Below are positions 9,763 to 19,259 of a stretch of DNA of 64,000 nt, one piece after another. A program made the position numbers and the translations under genes. Under the pieces are notes generated by a model that was not told the origin of the DNA, did not search any database, and worked only from the letters and a program-made list of their open reading frames with translations. Origin of the DNA: Candidatus Latescibacterota bacterium (GTDB lineage Bacteria; Latescibacterota; UBA2968; UBA8231); assembly GCA_965203355.1 (NCBI GenBank), contig OZ241889.1:2528001-2592000 (forward strand). Reading direction: 5' to 3'. How positions within the stretch are numbered: the first letter of the stretch is position 1; each line of letters starts with the position of its first letter.

Positions 9763-10643
9763 TGCGCAAATCCTAGGCGTTGTTGTACAGGCTGAGCCGG
9801 TAGCACGAGGGCTGTGGCCTCATCGCCCGGCACCAGCGCGTACGCGGCAAATTGGTCGCCCGTGTGGGTCAGGCGCAGTTCAAAGCCATCGGTCGTGTCC
9901 CAAGCCGCGAGTAGGCGTTGGGTCTCGCTTTGGCGCAGCGAGTCGGCTTGCGCTTGCACGATTTCCGCTAGGGCCGCGGTGATGATTGGTCCGGCATCGC
10001 TTTGTGCGCGCTCGGGGTTAGGCTCCAAAAGCGGCGCTAGGTGCTCGCGCCAGTAGGCCACGTCTTCCTCTTTCATCTTTAGAAAGGTCCAGGCTTCAGG
10101 CTCGTCTTTGGCCAGCAGATCCTTGTGGAGCTGGTGGAAGAGCGAACCGTCCTCTAGGGCTATTTGTGCGTTGACGAGGGCGCGGAGATGCGATTCTCTA
10201 GCCGGGACGATGGCTTGGGTTAGTAGATAGCGGCCTTGCTCGTAGATGTGTAGGGAATAGGCGAGCGCGCGCCGGATCTCCGGGTCGAAGGGACCGACTT
10301 GGAGGGCGGTGTCGCGCTGGGTGACCGCAAAGAACGCCGCGTGGGTGCCGTGGTACTGGAGTTGGTAGTGGTTTTGCAAAACCGGCAACGGGGTTTGGTC
10401 CGGCTCTAAGGCCGTTTCGGCCAGCGAGTCGGATAGGGCCATGCGAGTCTGCCGACTGGCGATGATGCCCTGCCAAAGCGCCCCGCTTGGCTGGCGTTTG
10501 GCGTTTTGCTGCATCAGGTATTGGCCGATGAAGCGGGCCGCGTACTGGGTTTGGTATTCAATAAGGAAGAGCAAGCAAGCCGCGCAGAAAGGCAGAAACG
10601 CACACTGGGCGATGCGGCTGAGACGTACAAAAAAAGCCCCCAT
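9759..10643 (-). CDS. hypothetical membrane-anchored protein
   Basis: 294-aa ORF with an N-terminal hydrophobic segment; 4-nt overlap with the PBP gene and 4-nt gap to the upstream gene. Confidence 0.7.
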   Translation of the reverse strand: MGAFFVRLSRIAQCAFLPFCAACLLFLIEYQTQYAARFIGQYLMQQNAKRQPSGALWQGIIASRQTRMALSDSLAETALEPDQTPLPVLQNHYQLQYHGTHAAFFAVTQRDTALQVGPFDPEIRRALAYSLHIYEQGRYLLTQAIVPARESHLRALVNAQIALEDGSLFHQLHKDLLAKDEPEAWTFLKMKEEDVAYWREHLAPLLEPNPERAQSDAGPIITAALAEIVQAQADSLRQSETQRLLAAWDTTDGFELRLTHTGDQFAAYALVPGDEATALVLPAQPVQQRLGFAQ

Positions 10644-10647
10644 CTAT

Positions 10648-11631
10648 TTATTCGGCTACCGTAAAGCTCTCAACCCGACTCACCGAATTCTCAATTCCCT
10701 CGGTGTGCGTACTGGCCACGACCTTCCAGTAGTACACCTGCCCGGGTTTGAGCTCGACCAAACGCCCTTCCTTAATGCGACCGGTAAACACGGCCGTGGT
10801 ATCGCTAGTCAGCGGCATGTCCGACACTTCGCCGCTGGTCAGCGAGGTGGTGACGATTACCCGGAATGCGCGCGCCTCGGGCAAGCCACCCCAAGTAAAG
10901 GTCAAAGGTGTAGAGGTCGCTTCCCCGGCGACTGGGGCCAACAGCATGGGCGAGGGCAGCGCGACATCGCTTACTTCCGCGGAGAAGTTGCTTTCCTTGT
11001 CACCGCGATCTAGCGCCGTAATCCGGTAGTAGTACACCGTGCCGACCTCGATTTCCTCGTCAATAAAGCCCGGCATCGACACCTGTACCAGCAAATGCTC
11101 GACGCTCGGGGTAAAACCCTGCTCAGTTGAGCGATACACCCGATAACCAACGAGATCGGTCTCCGAGTTCGCATCCCAGTCGAGGGTGATGTCGAGCCGG
11201 CCGAGTATTTCGAGGTGGTGGGCTGCGATGCTTACCGCAGTCGGCACCTGCGGGCTCAAGCTGTTGAGCGGCTGTCCGCTAATAGCATTCGAAGGGGTGC
11301 TCTCGCCGCCGCTGTTTATCGCGGTTATTCGATAGGTGTACTCCAACTCGTAGCGCAGGCCCTGATCCTTGAATTGGGTCTGGAACGTGGAGTCAATGGC
11401 CACGGCCGCGTCGTCCCCCACCGAGCGATAGACGACGTAGCGCATCTCACCATCGCCCTCGACCGCTTGCCAACTGAGCCATACCTCGCCATCGCCGATG
11501 CGCTCCACGCTCAGGGCGTGCGGTGCCTGCGGGGGATCGACCGGCGCGACGGGCTTGGTGCCCTTTTCGCCGTCGCTGCCGCAGTGCCACAACCCGACGA
11601 CGACAATCGCGGCAAACTTTAGGCGTTTCAT
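10648..11631 (-). CDS. fibronectin type III domain lipoprotein
   Basis: Lipoprotein-like signal (MKRLK...LWHC); FN3 signatures LSW...YVVYRS...YTYRITAIN..GES and LDWD...GYRVYRS...YYYRITALD...ES; GGAGG SD. Confidence 0.85.
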   Translation of the reverse strand: MKRLKFAAIVVVGLWHCGSDGEKGTKPVAPVDPPQAPHALSVERIGDGEVWLSWQAVEGDGEMRYVVYRSVGDDAAVAIDSTFQTQFKDQGLRYELEYTYRITAINSGGESTPSNAISGQPLNSLSPQVPTAVSIAAHHLEILGRLDITLDWDANSETDLVGYRVYRSTEQGFTPSVEHLLVQVSMPGFIDEEIEVGTVYYYRITALDRGDKESNFSAEVSDVALPSPMLLAPVAGEATSTPLTFTWGGLPEARAFRVIVTTSLTSGEVSDMPLTSDTTAVFTGRIKEGRLVELKPGQVYYWKVVASTHTEGIENSVSRVESFTVAE

Positions 11632-11707
11632 ATTTTCTACCTCCCCAGATAGATTGAGCGCCTCTCTGTCAAAAATATCATTAGCTTCCTAAAATGGGCA
11701 AGCACTT

Positions 11708-11736
11708 TTGACAAGCGGTCCGCCTACAGTTATCGT
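11708..11736 (+). promoter_or_regulatory. sigma70-type promoter for the CCA gene, probably giving a leaderless mRNA
   Basis: TTGACA (11708-11713), 17 nt, TATCGT (11731-11736); ATG follows 7 nt later with no SD. Confidence 0.5.
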
Positions 11737-11743
11737 CTCGCTA

Positions 11744-13066
11744 ATGGACGCGAATATAGACGCTGGGGCCCGGCGCGTCGTCGAGACTTTGCGCCGGGCC
11801 GGCTTCCAAGCGCTGCTAGCCGGTGGTTGCGTACGCGACTTGGCGTTGGGGCGCGTACCCAAGGACTGGGATATAGCTACGGATGCTGGGCCGGAAGAAG
11901 TGGCTGCGCTCTTTGCGCACACCGTGCCGGTGGGCGCGCAGTTTGGCATCTCATTGGTGGTGCTCGACGAGGGCGACTACGAGGTCGCACGCTTTCGCAG
12001 CGACGGCCCGTACCGCGATGGCCGCCGTCCCGCAGCGATCGAGCCGGCTGACGCCCGCGCCGATGCCGAGCGCCGCGACTTTACCATCAACGGCCTGTTC
12101 TACGACCCGGAGCGCGGTGAACTGCTCGATTATGTCGGCGGACAGCGCGACCTCGGTGCCAAGGTCATTCGCGCCATCGGCGATCCGGCCGGGCGTTTTG
12201 CCGCAGACCATCTGCGCCTGTTGCGGGCCGTGCGCTTTGCCGCCCGGCTCGGTTTTACCATTGAACCCAAAACATGGGACGCGCTCTGCGCTCAGGTCGA
12301 TTCCATTGCCAGCGTCAGTGCCGAGCGCGTCCGCGACGAGCTAACCCTGCTGTTGACCGAAGGGGGGGCTAGGGGTGGCTTGCGCCTGTTGGACCAGTCG
12401 AAGCTGCTGCCGGCCGTGCTGCCGGAAGTCGCGGCCATGCGCGGCGTGCCGCAGGAGGCTGAATTCCATCCCGAAGGCGACGTGTGGACCCACGTCCAGC
12501 TTCTCTTTGAATACCTCGACGCGCCATCGGCTGAGCTGGCTTGGAGTGCATTGCTCCACGACATTGGCAAGCCGTCAACCATGGTGCGTGCCGAGCGCAT
12601 CCGCTTCCACGGCCACGACGCGGTTGGCTCGGAAATGGCGGCGGCGATCTGCGGGCGGTTGCGGATGTCCAACGAATCGCGGCGGGTCATCTGTGTGCTC
12701 GTGGCCGAACACATGCGGATAAGCCACGTGCGTCAGATGCGCCCGAGTACGCTCATGCGTCTGTTGCGCGAGCCGCACTTTCCCGAGTTGCTCCAGTTGC
12801 ACCGCGCCGATTGCTTGGCCAGCCACGGCAAGCTCGACCTGTACGAATTTTGCCGAGATCAGTTGGCTACCTTAAAAAAGGAGCAGTTGCGCCCGCCGGC
12901 TTTGCTCACGGGCAGCGACCTCATCGCCATGGGTTTTGCTCCTGGCCCTTTGTTTAGGGAAATTCTCGCCGCGGTTGAGGATGCCCAGTTGGAGGGGCAG
13001 CTCGACAACTACCAATCCGCGCTGCGTTTTGTGCAGCGCAAATTCTGCGCGGAGCCTTCTGCTTAG
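11744..13066 (+). CDS. cca: CCA tRNA nucleotidyltransferase / poly(A) polymerase family with HD domain
   Basis: AGGCVRD...KDWDIAT, RRDFTING, DHLRLLRAVRF, HPEGDVWTH, LLHDIGK. Confidence 0.9.
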   Translation: MDANIDAGARRVVETLRRAGFQALLAGGCVRDLALGRVPKDWDIATDAGPEEVAALFAHTVPVGAQFGISLVVLDEGDYEVARFRSDGPYRDGRRPAAIEPADARADAERRDFTINGLFYDPERGELLDYVGGQRDLGAKVIRAIGDPAGRFAADHLRLLRAVRFAARLGFTIEPKTWDALCAQVDSIASVSAERVRDELTLLLTEGGARGGLRLLDQSKLLPAVLPEVAAMRGVPQEAEFHPEGDVWTHVQLLFEYLDAPSAELAWSALLHDIGKPSTMVRAERIRFHGHDAVGSEMAAAICGRLRMSNESRRVICVLVAEHMRISHVRQMRPSTLMRLLREPHFPELLQLHRADCLASHGKLDLYEFCRDQLATLKKEQLRPPALLTGSDLIAMGFAPGPLFREILAAVEDAQLEGQLDNYQSALRFVQRKFCAEPSA

Positions 13067-13077
13067 CGGCGGGCGGT

Positions 13078-14982
13078 TCAGTCCAGACCCCGCTTGAGCA
13101 CCGCTAGCACCGGCTGGGGTCCGGCCGGCGACATCAGGTACAGTCCGCTCCAGCCCTCCGCACGGACTTGACGCACCTGCTCGGCCGCCAATTCGACGCC
13201 CGCTTTAGCTTGGTCGGCCGGGTCTGCATACGCGGCCAGTCTGGCAAAAATCGCTTCCGGCACGATCACGCCGGGCACCTCGGCAATGCGCCGAGCGTGT
13301 TCCAAGCCGCGCAGCACCATGACTCCCACAAGGATCGGCACCTGAGCGCGATACGTGGCAAGGGCCGCTAGTGCCTTGCAGTCAAAGGTCGGCTGGGTCA
13401 TTACGTAATCGGCGCCGGCGTCGATTTTGTGCGCCAGCCGCTCCCACTCGCGCTGGCGATCGAGGGCTTCTGGCTCGCAACCCGTGCCAATGGTAAAGTG
13501 GGTGCGGGGGTCGCGGTGTGTGCCGAGCGGTTGGCCGCCAAAGTCCAGGCCCGCGTTGAGAAAGGCGTGGGTATAGCGAATGAGGGCCGTGGAATCGAGG
13601 TCGAAAACAGCGGTGGAGCGCGGATAGGTCGGCGCCATTTTCGGGGGATCGCCGGTGATGAAGAGGACGTTGTGGATGCGGTTGGCCCAGTAGCCGATGA
13701 GCCGACTTTGCAACCCCATGGCGTTGAGGTCGCGGCAGGTGCAATGGGGAATTAGCTCGAGGCGATCGCGCGACCAACGCAAGCGGCGGCGGATGAGCTG
13801 AGCGAAGTCGCCCGGCGGCATTAGGGGGATGCCGCGCGAGCCATCGGTTAGGTCTAGGGCATCGGCCAAGCCCGAGGCGGCCAACTCGGCGACAAAAGCG
13901 AGCCGGGCTTTTAAGCCGCCCGTGCCGCGCGGGGGCAATAGCTCAACACTGACGGCGAATTGGCCCTCGACGAGCTTGCGCGAGAATGGGCCGTTGCGGC
14001 GCTTGGCGGCGGCGGCGGTTGGTTGTTGGTCCGATGTCTTGGCCAAAGGGACGATGCGCTGCCCAGCCGCTAGGCCGTGGAGGTAGTTGTGCATCTCGTG
14101 GATGTGAGGGGGATGTACCTCGCAACAGCCGCCGATGAGGCGCACGCCTTGGCGCGCCATTTCGCGGGCAAAGCGCCCCATGGACTCGGGGTTGACGCCC
14201 GTCAGGTAGCGATGGCCCACCCGTCGGAACTCGCCGCCGTTGGGCATGGCCGCGAGCAGGACTTGGCCGTCGCGCACGGATGCACATTCTCGCGCTGCGT
14301 CGAGGAAGGCCCGCGCTTCTGCGAGCGCACAGCAGTTGATGCCAACGACATCGGCGCCCAAGGACGCGGCGGTTTGGACGTATGGTTGGGGGGCTTGTTC
14401 CCACGTGCCGCCGTGCTGGTGCAAGGCCATTTGGACGATGACGGGCGCGGGGTTGTCGAGGTCTTGTAACAGCGTTAAGAGGGCGGCGACCTGATCGAGG
14501 CAAGTAAAGGTTTCCAACAACAAGGCATCGACGCCCCCTTCGACGAGGGCCTCAATTTGGGCGCGGTACAGGTCGCTGGCGGTGCGCGGGGATTGGGCGG
14601 TTGGCAGGGGCGGACCTAGGGAGCCGAGGACGAACAAAGGATCGCTGCATTGAGCCTGTTGGCGGTACTGGTCAATGGCCTCGCGTGCCAAACACACAGC
14701 CGCCGCATTGATCGCGGCGATGGATGCGGCCGAGGGATAGGTCGCGTTGGCGGCAAAGGAATTGCTGGTCAAGCATTGGGCACCGGCTTGCAGATAGTCG
14801 AGGTGGAGCTGGCGGACGAGGGCCGGGCGGGCGAGGTTGAAGGCTTCGTAGAGGTGATTTTGCTCGGAGACGCGGCCGGTGAGCGCGAACAGGTACGAGC
14901 CCAAGGCCCCATCGGCGAGCAACGGGCGGTGGTGGAGGGCGGCGAGGAATGGGTGCATGGGGACCGTGGATGGATGGCTCAC
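13078..14982 (-). CDS. bifunctional homocysteine S-methyltransferase / 5,10-methylenetetrahydrofolate reductase (YitJ-like)
   Basis: LADGALGS, GINCC and IGGCC Zn ligands; MTHFR half with SVELLPP, CRDLN, ITGDPP, KIDAGADYVMTQP. Confidence 0.9.
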   Translation of the reverse strand: MSHPSTVPMHPFLAALHHRPLLADGALGSYLFALTGRVSEQNHLYEAFNLARPALVRQLHLDYLQAGAQCLTSNSFAANATYPSAASIAAINAAAVCLAREAIDQYRQQAQCSDPLFVLGSLGPPLPTAQSPRTASDLYRAQIEALVEGGVDALLLETFTCLDQVAALLTLLQDLDNPAPVIVQMALHQHGGTWEQAPQPYVQTAASLGADVVGINCCALAEARAFLDAARECASVRDGQVLLAAMPNGGEFRRVGHRYLTGVNPESMGRFAREMARQGVRLIGGCCEVHPPHIHEMHNYLHGLAAGQRIVPLAKTSDQQPTAAAAKRRNGPFSRKLVEGQFAVSVELLPPRGTGGLKARLAFVAELAASGLADALDLTDGSRGIPLMPPGDFAQLIRRRLRWSRDRLELIPHCTCRDLNAMGLQSRLIGYWANRIHNVLFITGDPPKMAPTYPRSTAVFDLDSTALIRYTHAFLNAGLDFGGQPLGTHRDPRTHFTIGTGCEPEALDRQREWERLAHKIDAGADYVMTQPTFDCKALAALATYRAQVPILVGVMVLRGLEHARRIAEVPGVIVPEAIFARLAAYADPADQAKAGVELAAEQVRQVRAEGWSGLYLMSPAGPQPVLAVLKRGLD

Positions 14983-16217
14983 TTGAGCGTTTGCCCACCA
15001 GCGGGCGGTTCGACTTGGTCCAATAGCTGTATGACGTCTTTGGGCTGGACTTTGTTGCGAAAAAAGAAGATCCCACCGGGCACGTTCTTAAAATCGTCCT
15101 CGCTAACATTGAGGTTGGCCGAGACGGCCACCAGCAAGTCGCGGCGCTGAGCTTGGCGCAGCTTTTCCAGCTTGCGGCGCAAATACTCGGGCCGCCAATA
15201 GCCCATGATTTCCAACAATGCCGTGCGGCCATCGGGATGGCGGAAGGTAAAGTCCGGGATCATTACGGTCTCTTTGAGATTGACGATTTCGCTTTCCCGC
15301 TCTAGCTGCCATTGGGTTTTGGCCTTGGCGAAACGCGCGGCAAACGTTTCTTCCAACAGCGAGTCATACCGGGCCTGATCTTTGTAATGCGACACTAGGC
15401 CCGATTGATCATCGAGGACGAAGTGCTGGCGGCGACCGTCTTGGCGCAAAATGTCGGCCTGCATTGACCAGCGGGTACACAGCAATAAGGCCGGGAGGAA
15501 AATGGCCATTTGCAGGCCGTATTTCTGCGAGTGGCGAAACATGCTCACCGGGCCGTCGAGCCCGATTTCATAGCCGGCATCGACATCGCCTTCGATGGTG
15601 TGGATCAGCCGGTAGAACTTGATGAACTTGAAAAGCTGCTTGTAGCGCACGGGCAGGTTGCGATATACGCTCAGGCGCAGCACTTCGCAGCGGTAGAGCA
15701 TGGCTTGGGCTAGTGCCACGTTGTAGCGCAGCAGCAACTCGTTGGCCGAGGGCGCGGCAAAGGTTGCGAGTTGGTGGTTTTCGGGCAGGTCGGCGTACAG
15801 CCCGGCGAGCACTTCTTCGCGGCTGATTTGGTGTTTGCTGGCGACTTGGTCCAGCACATCCTCGCGCTTGACCGGATAGATGAGGCTGGTCTCGCGGACG
15901 ACCGGATGGTGGGCGCGAGCCAAGGCAAAAACAGCGTGGCGCAAGGCTTCGGGGGGCTGGGGGCTATCGACTTGAAATTCGCAGTAGTGGTCGCAGAGTA
16001 GCTTGGCTAGGCCGCGCTGGATGCGGTAGTCGGTGCGGTCTCCGGCGAGCAAGTCGAGGGCTTGCTGTAGTTCGCGCCGGGTTTTGCCTTGGTGTGCGGC
16101 GTGGATTTCGATGAGGGCTTGGGCTAGATCGATGAGGGCTGGGTCTTCGACGGCGACATAGCGCGGTTCGATGTAGGGGCCGCGCGAGCGGGTCAGCAGG
16201 AGGTCTGAGGTCAGCAC
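14979..16217 (-). CDS. DUF790 family endonuclease (Bax1-like)
   Basis: MLTSDLL start, LYADL, LLRYNVALAQAML, LDGPVSMF..SQKYG, YDSLLE..FA, IPDF...LEIMGYW..EYL. Confidence 0.88.
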   Translation of the reverse strand: MLTSDLLLTRSRGPYIEPRYVAVEDPALIDLAQALIEIHAAHQGKTRRELQQALDLLAGDRTDYRIQRGLAKLLCDHYCEFQVDSPQPPEALRHAVFALARAHHPVVRETSLIYPVKREDVLDQVASKHQISREEVLAGLYADLPENHQLATFAAPSANELLLRYNVALAQAMLYRCEVLRLSVYRNLPVRYKQLFKFIKFYRLIHTIEGDVDAGYEIGLDGPVSMFRHSQKYGLQMAIFLPALLLCTRWSMQADILRQDGRRQHFVLDDQSGLVSHYKDQARYDSLLEETFAARFAKAKTQWQLERESEIVNLKETVMIPDFTFRHPDGRTALLEIMGYWRPEYLRRKLEKLRQAQRRDLLVAVSANLNVSEDDFKNVPGGIFFFRNKVQPKDVIQLLDQVEPPAGGQTLK

Positions 16218-16222
16218 CGGGC

Positions 16223-17578
16223 TTACTCGTAGGCTTCGTGGCGGCGGCGGCGGTCGCTGATGCGGTCTTCGACCGTGTCTTTGGAGACGACTTCGTAGAG
16301 CACAGCTTCCTTGCCTTGGCGGCGGCGGAGGATGCGTCCGAGGCGCTGGACGTGCTCGCGGATGGTCCCCGAGCCAGAGAGGACTACCGCGACGTTGGCT
16401 TCGGGGATGTTGACGCCCTCGTTGAGCACTTTTGAGGCGACGAGGGCGAGGTACTCCCCTTTGTTGAAGGCTTCGAGGATGGCCTTGCGCTCGCGGGTGC
16501 GGGTGCGGTGGGTGATGGCCGGGATCAAGAAAGTGCGGGCGATCTGATGGACGGTCTCGTTGTCGTTGGTAAAAACCAACACGCGATCGCGCGGATGGGC
16601 CTTGAGGATGTCTTCGAGGACGCGGAGCTTGGCGGCCGCGCCGAGGGCGAGTTGGCGGTGGCGGCGGTAGGCGTGCATGGCCCGTCGGCCGCTGGTGCTT
16701 TGGGCCGAGAGCATGACGAAGTGCCGCCAGCCATCTTTGCTGCCGAGGCGGATGTTTTTGGCGGCGAGGAAGGCTTGGTACTCGTCGCGGGCGGCTTCGT
16801 ACTGGACGCGCTCTTCAGCGACCATATCTACTTGGCGGCGCTCGACGCGATAGTCGGCTAGGTACTCACCGGACAAGGCGCGGATGCCGCGCTCGTAGAC
16901 TGTGGGACCGACGAGGGTGTCGAGGAGCACGTGGCGGCCGTCGGCGCGGGCGGGCGTGGCCGTTAGCCCTAGGCGGTAGGGCGCTAGACACATTTCGGCG
17001 GCGTGGCTATACATTTCGCCGGGCAGGTGATGGACCTCGTCGAAGACGATAAGGCCGAAGCGGTTGCCGTAGCGGTCCATCTGCATGTAGGCACTGTCGT
17101 AGGTGGCGACGGTCAGGTCGGCTAGTTCGCGATAGCCGCCGCCGAGCAGGCCGACTTCGACGGCAAATGAGCGGGTGAGCAGGTCGTACCACTGGTTCAT
17201 CAGGTCGATGGTCGGCGCGACCACGAGGGTGCTGCGCTGTACTTCTACCATCGCCATGAGCGCGACGTGCGACTTGCCCGCACCGGTCGGCAAAACGACT
17301 ACGCCGCGGCAGCCGTGCTGTTGCCAAGCGGCGATGCTTTCGGCTTGGTGCGGGTGTGGCTCAGGCGCGGTGTGTAGTTGTAGGGCCAGGGTATTGTAGC
17401 GCGGGGCTGTATTCTTAAAGGTGACATCGTGCCGTTTGAGGTGTTCGACGCTTTCGCGGTAGAAGTGGGCTTGGGCGCGCCAGTGATCGACGCGCGCATC
17501 CCAGACAAAGGCCGGGGGCGCGTCCGCGCCTCGATAGTCGCGCAGAAGCAGAGTGCCTTCTTCAAAGGTCAGACGCAT
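16223..17578 (-). CDS. XPB/Rad25-like superfamily 2 DNA helicase
   Basis: LPTGAGKS, FDEVHH, LGLTATP, LNEGVNIP, QRLGRILR; directly upstream of DUF790. Confidence 0.9.
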   Translation of the reverse strand: MRLTFEEGTLLLRDYRGADAPPAFVWDARVDHWRAQAHFYRESVEHLKRHDVTFKNTAPRYNTLALQLHTAPEPHPHQAESIAAWQQHGCRGVVVLPTGAGKSHVALMAMVEVQRSTLVVAPTIDLMNQWYDLLTRSFAVEVGLLGGGYRELADLTVATYDSAYMQMDRYGNRFGLIVFDEVHHLPGEMYSHAAEMCLAPYRLGLTATPARADGRHVLLDTLVGPTVYERGIRALSGEYLADYRVERRQVDMVAEERVQYEAARDEYQAFLAAKNIRLGSKDGWRHFVMLSAQSTSGRRAMHAYRRHRQLALGAAAKLRVLEDILKAHPRDRVLVFTNDNETVHQIARTFLIPAITHRTRTRERKAILEAFNKGEYLALVASKVLNEGVNIPEANVAVVLSGSGTIREHVQRLGRILRRRQGKEAVLYEVVSKDTVEDRISDRRRRHEAYE

Positions 17579-17834
17579 ATGAGTCGTTCCACGAGATTTG
17601 AGCGGCAACAAAATCAATGCCGTGTTTTTCTTCACTAGCCTAGCTTTTCTCAGGGTCGCACTCGAATTCCATCAATAGATTATAAAAAACAACAGACAAT
17701 GCGTCTAAATTTGCGCCATGCCCGATGGCCCAAGTCTGCGTTTGTCTTGGCCGCTAGTCGCTCCTTGTGCCCTGTTGCTCTGGGCCGTAACTTATCCAAA
17801 AAACGAGACTTATCCCAACAAAGGACGCTTCTCT

Positions 17835-19259
17835 ATGACGCCGCCCAACATCCTCTGGATCTGCACCGATCAGCAGCGCTACGACACCATCGGCGCGCTC
17901 GGTTATTCCCACGTTGATACGCCGCACCTCGATCGGCTGGTCGCCGAGGGCGTGGCTTTTACACACGCCTATTGCCAAAGCCCGATCTGTACGCCGAGCC
18001 GCGCGAGTTTTCTCACCGGCCAGTACGCTAGTGCCGTCCATATCAACGGCAACGGCCTCGACCGTTTTCCCGACCACCCGCCGCTGGTCACGCGGACGTT
18101 AGCCGAGGCCGGGTACGACTGCGGTCTGATTGGCAAGCTGCACTTGGCCAGCGCCTATCGACGCATTGAGCCGCGCGTCAATGACGGGTATCGCTACTGG
18201 GAGTACAGCCACGCACCCCGCGACGATTGGCCGCAGGGGCACGGCTATGCCGACTGGGTGCGGGCAAAGGGAGAAGTCTTAGGCGAGTTGATGAAGCAAT
18301 ATCCGCACGGATTGCCAGCCGAGTTTCACCAGACGACGTGGTGCGCTGAGAAAACCATTGAGTTTATGAGCGAAAAACGCGCCGGCCCTTGGCTCGCCAG
18401 CGTCAACGTGTACGACCCGCACCCGCCGTTCAATCCGCCGCAGAGCTACCGCGACCGCTTCGACCCAGCCGCCATGCCCGGACCGCTTTTCGCCGACCGC
18501 GACTTGGCGCAGCAGGAAAAACTGGCGGCGATTGATTTCCAGTCCAAGGGACGACGGCCAGACGCGCTCGACATCCGCGATCCCTTGCAAAAAGACCGCC
18601 CAGTGCCCGGGGCTGACGCGCGCGTGTTACAGGCGGCGTACTGCGCGATGATCAAGCAGATCGACGACCAAGTCGGGAGGATGCTAGCCGCGCTCGAAGA
18701 CACCGGCCAGCGCGACCATACCGTGGTGATTTTTACGTCTGACCACGGCGAAATGCTCGGCGATCACGGGTTGATCCAAAAGGGGTGCCGCTTTTACGAG
18801 GGTTTGGTGCGAGTGCCGCTGATTTTTTCTTGGCCGGGACACTTTGAGCGGGGCTTGGTGCGCGACGATCTGGTCGAGTTGACCGACAAAGCACCGACGC
18901 TGTTGGAACTGGCCGGGCTGGCGGTGCCAGCGCGGATGACGGGTCGCTCGCTTTTGCCGATTTTGCGCGGTGAGTGCGCGGCACCGCATCGCGATTTTGT
19001 CCGCTGCGAGTACTACGACGCCCTAGAAGCACCCGATGGCACTTTTGCCACCATGTACCGCGACGAGCGCTACAAATTGGTGCTCTATCACGGACGCGAT
19101 TTGGGCGAGCTGTACGACTTGGAAGAGGACCCCGGCGAGTTTGAAAACATGTGGGACGAGCCGGAGGCGCAGCCGCTCAAGTTGGCGCTGATGCAAAAGA
19201 GTTTCGACGCTTCCATGCTGGCGATGGACCGGGGGCCTCGGCGGGTGGGGCCGATGTGA
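17835..19259 (+). CDS. sulfatase (formylglycine-dependent, choline-sulfatase-like)
   Basis: PNILWICTDQQR, CTPSRASFLTG (CxPxR), GKLH, DPHPP, SDHGEMLGDHG; AAGGA SD. Confidence 0.93.
   Translation: MTPPNILWICTDQQRYDTIGALGYSHVDTPHLDRLVAEGVAFTHAYCQSPICTPSRASFLTGQYASAVHINGNGLDRFPDHPPLVTRTLAEAGYDCGLIGKLHLASAYRRIEPRVNDGYRYWEYSHAPRDDWPQGHGYADWVRAKGEVLGELMKQYPHGLPAEFHQTTWCAEKTIEFMSEKRAGPWLASVNVYDPHPPFNPPQSYRDRFDPAAMPGPLFADRDLAQQEKLAAIDFQSKGRRPDALDIRDPLQKDRPVPGADARVLQAAYCAMIKQIDDQVGRMLAALEDTGQRDHTVVIFTSDHGEMLGDHGLIQKGCRFYEGLVRVPLIFSWPGHFERGLVRDDLVELTDKAPTLLELAGLAVPARMTGRSLLPILRGECAAPHRDFVRCEYYDALEAPDGTFATMYRDERYKLVLYHGRDLGELYDLEEDPGEFENMWDEPEAQPLKLALMQKSFDASMLAMDRGPRRVGPM

Noticed and set aside
17790-17822. 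Two DnaA-box-like 9-mers (TTATCCAAA, TTATCCCAA) suggesting oriC
   Set aside because: Only two imperfect boxes, with no dnaA/dnaN context or extended AT-rich unwinding element; at most a regulator direct repeat
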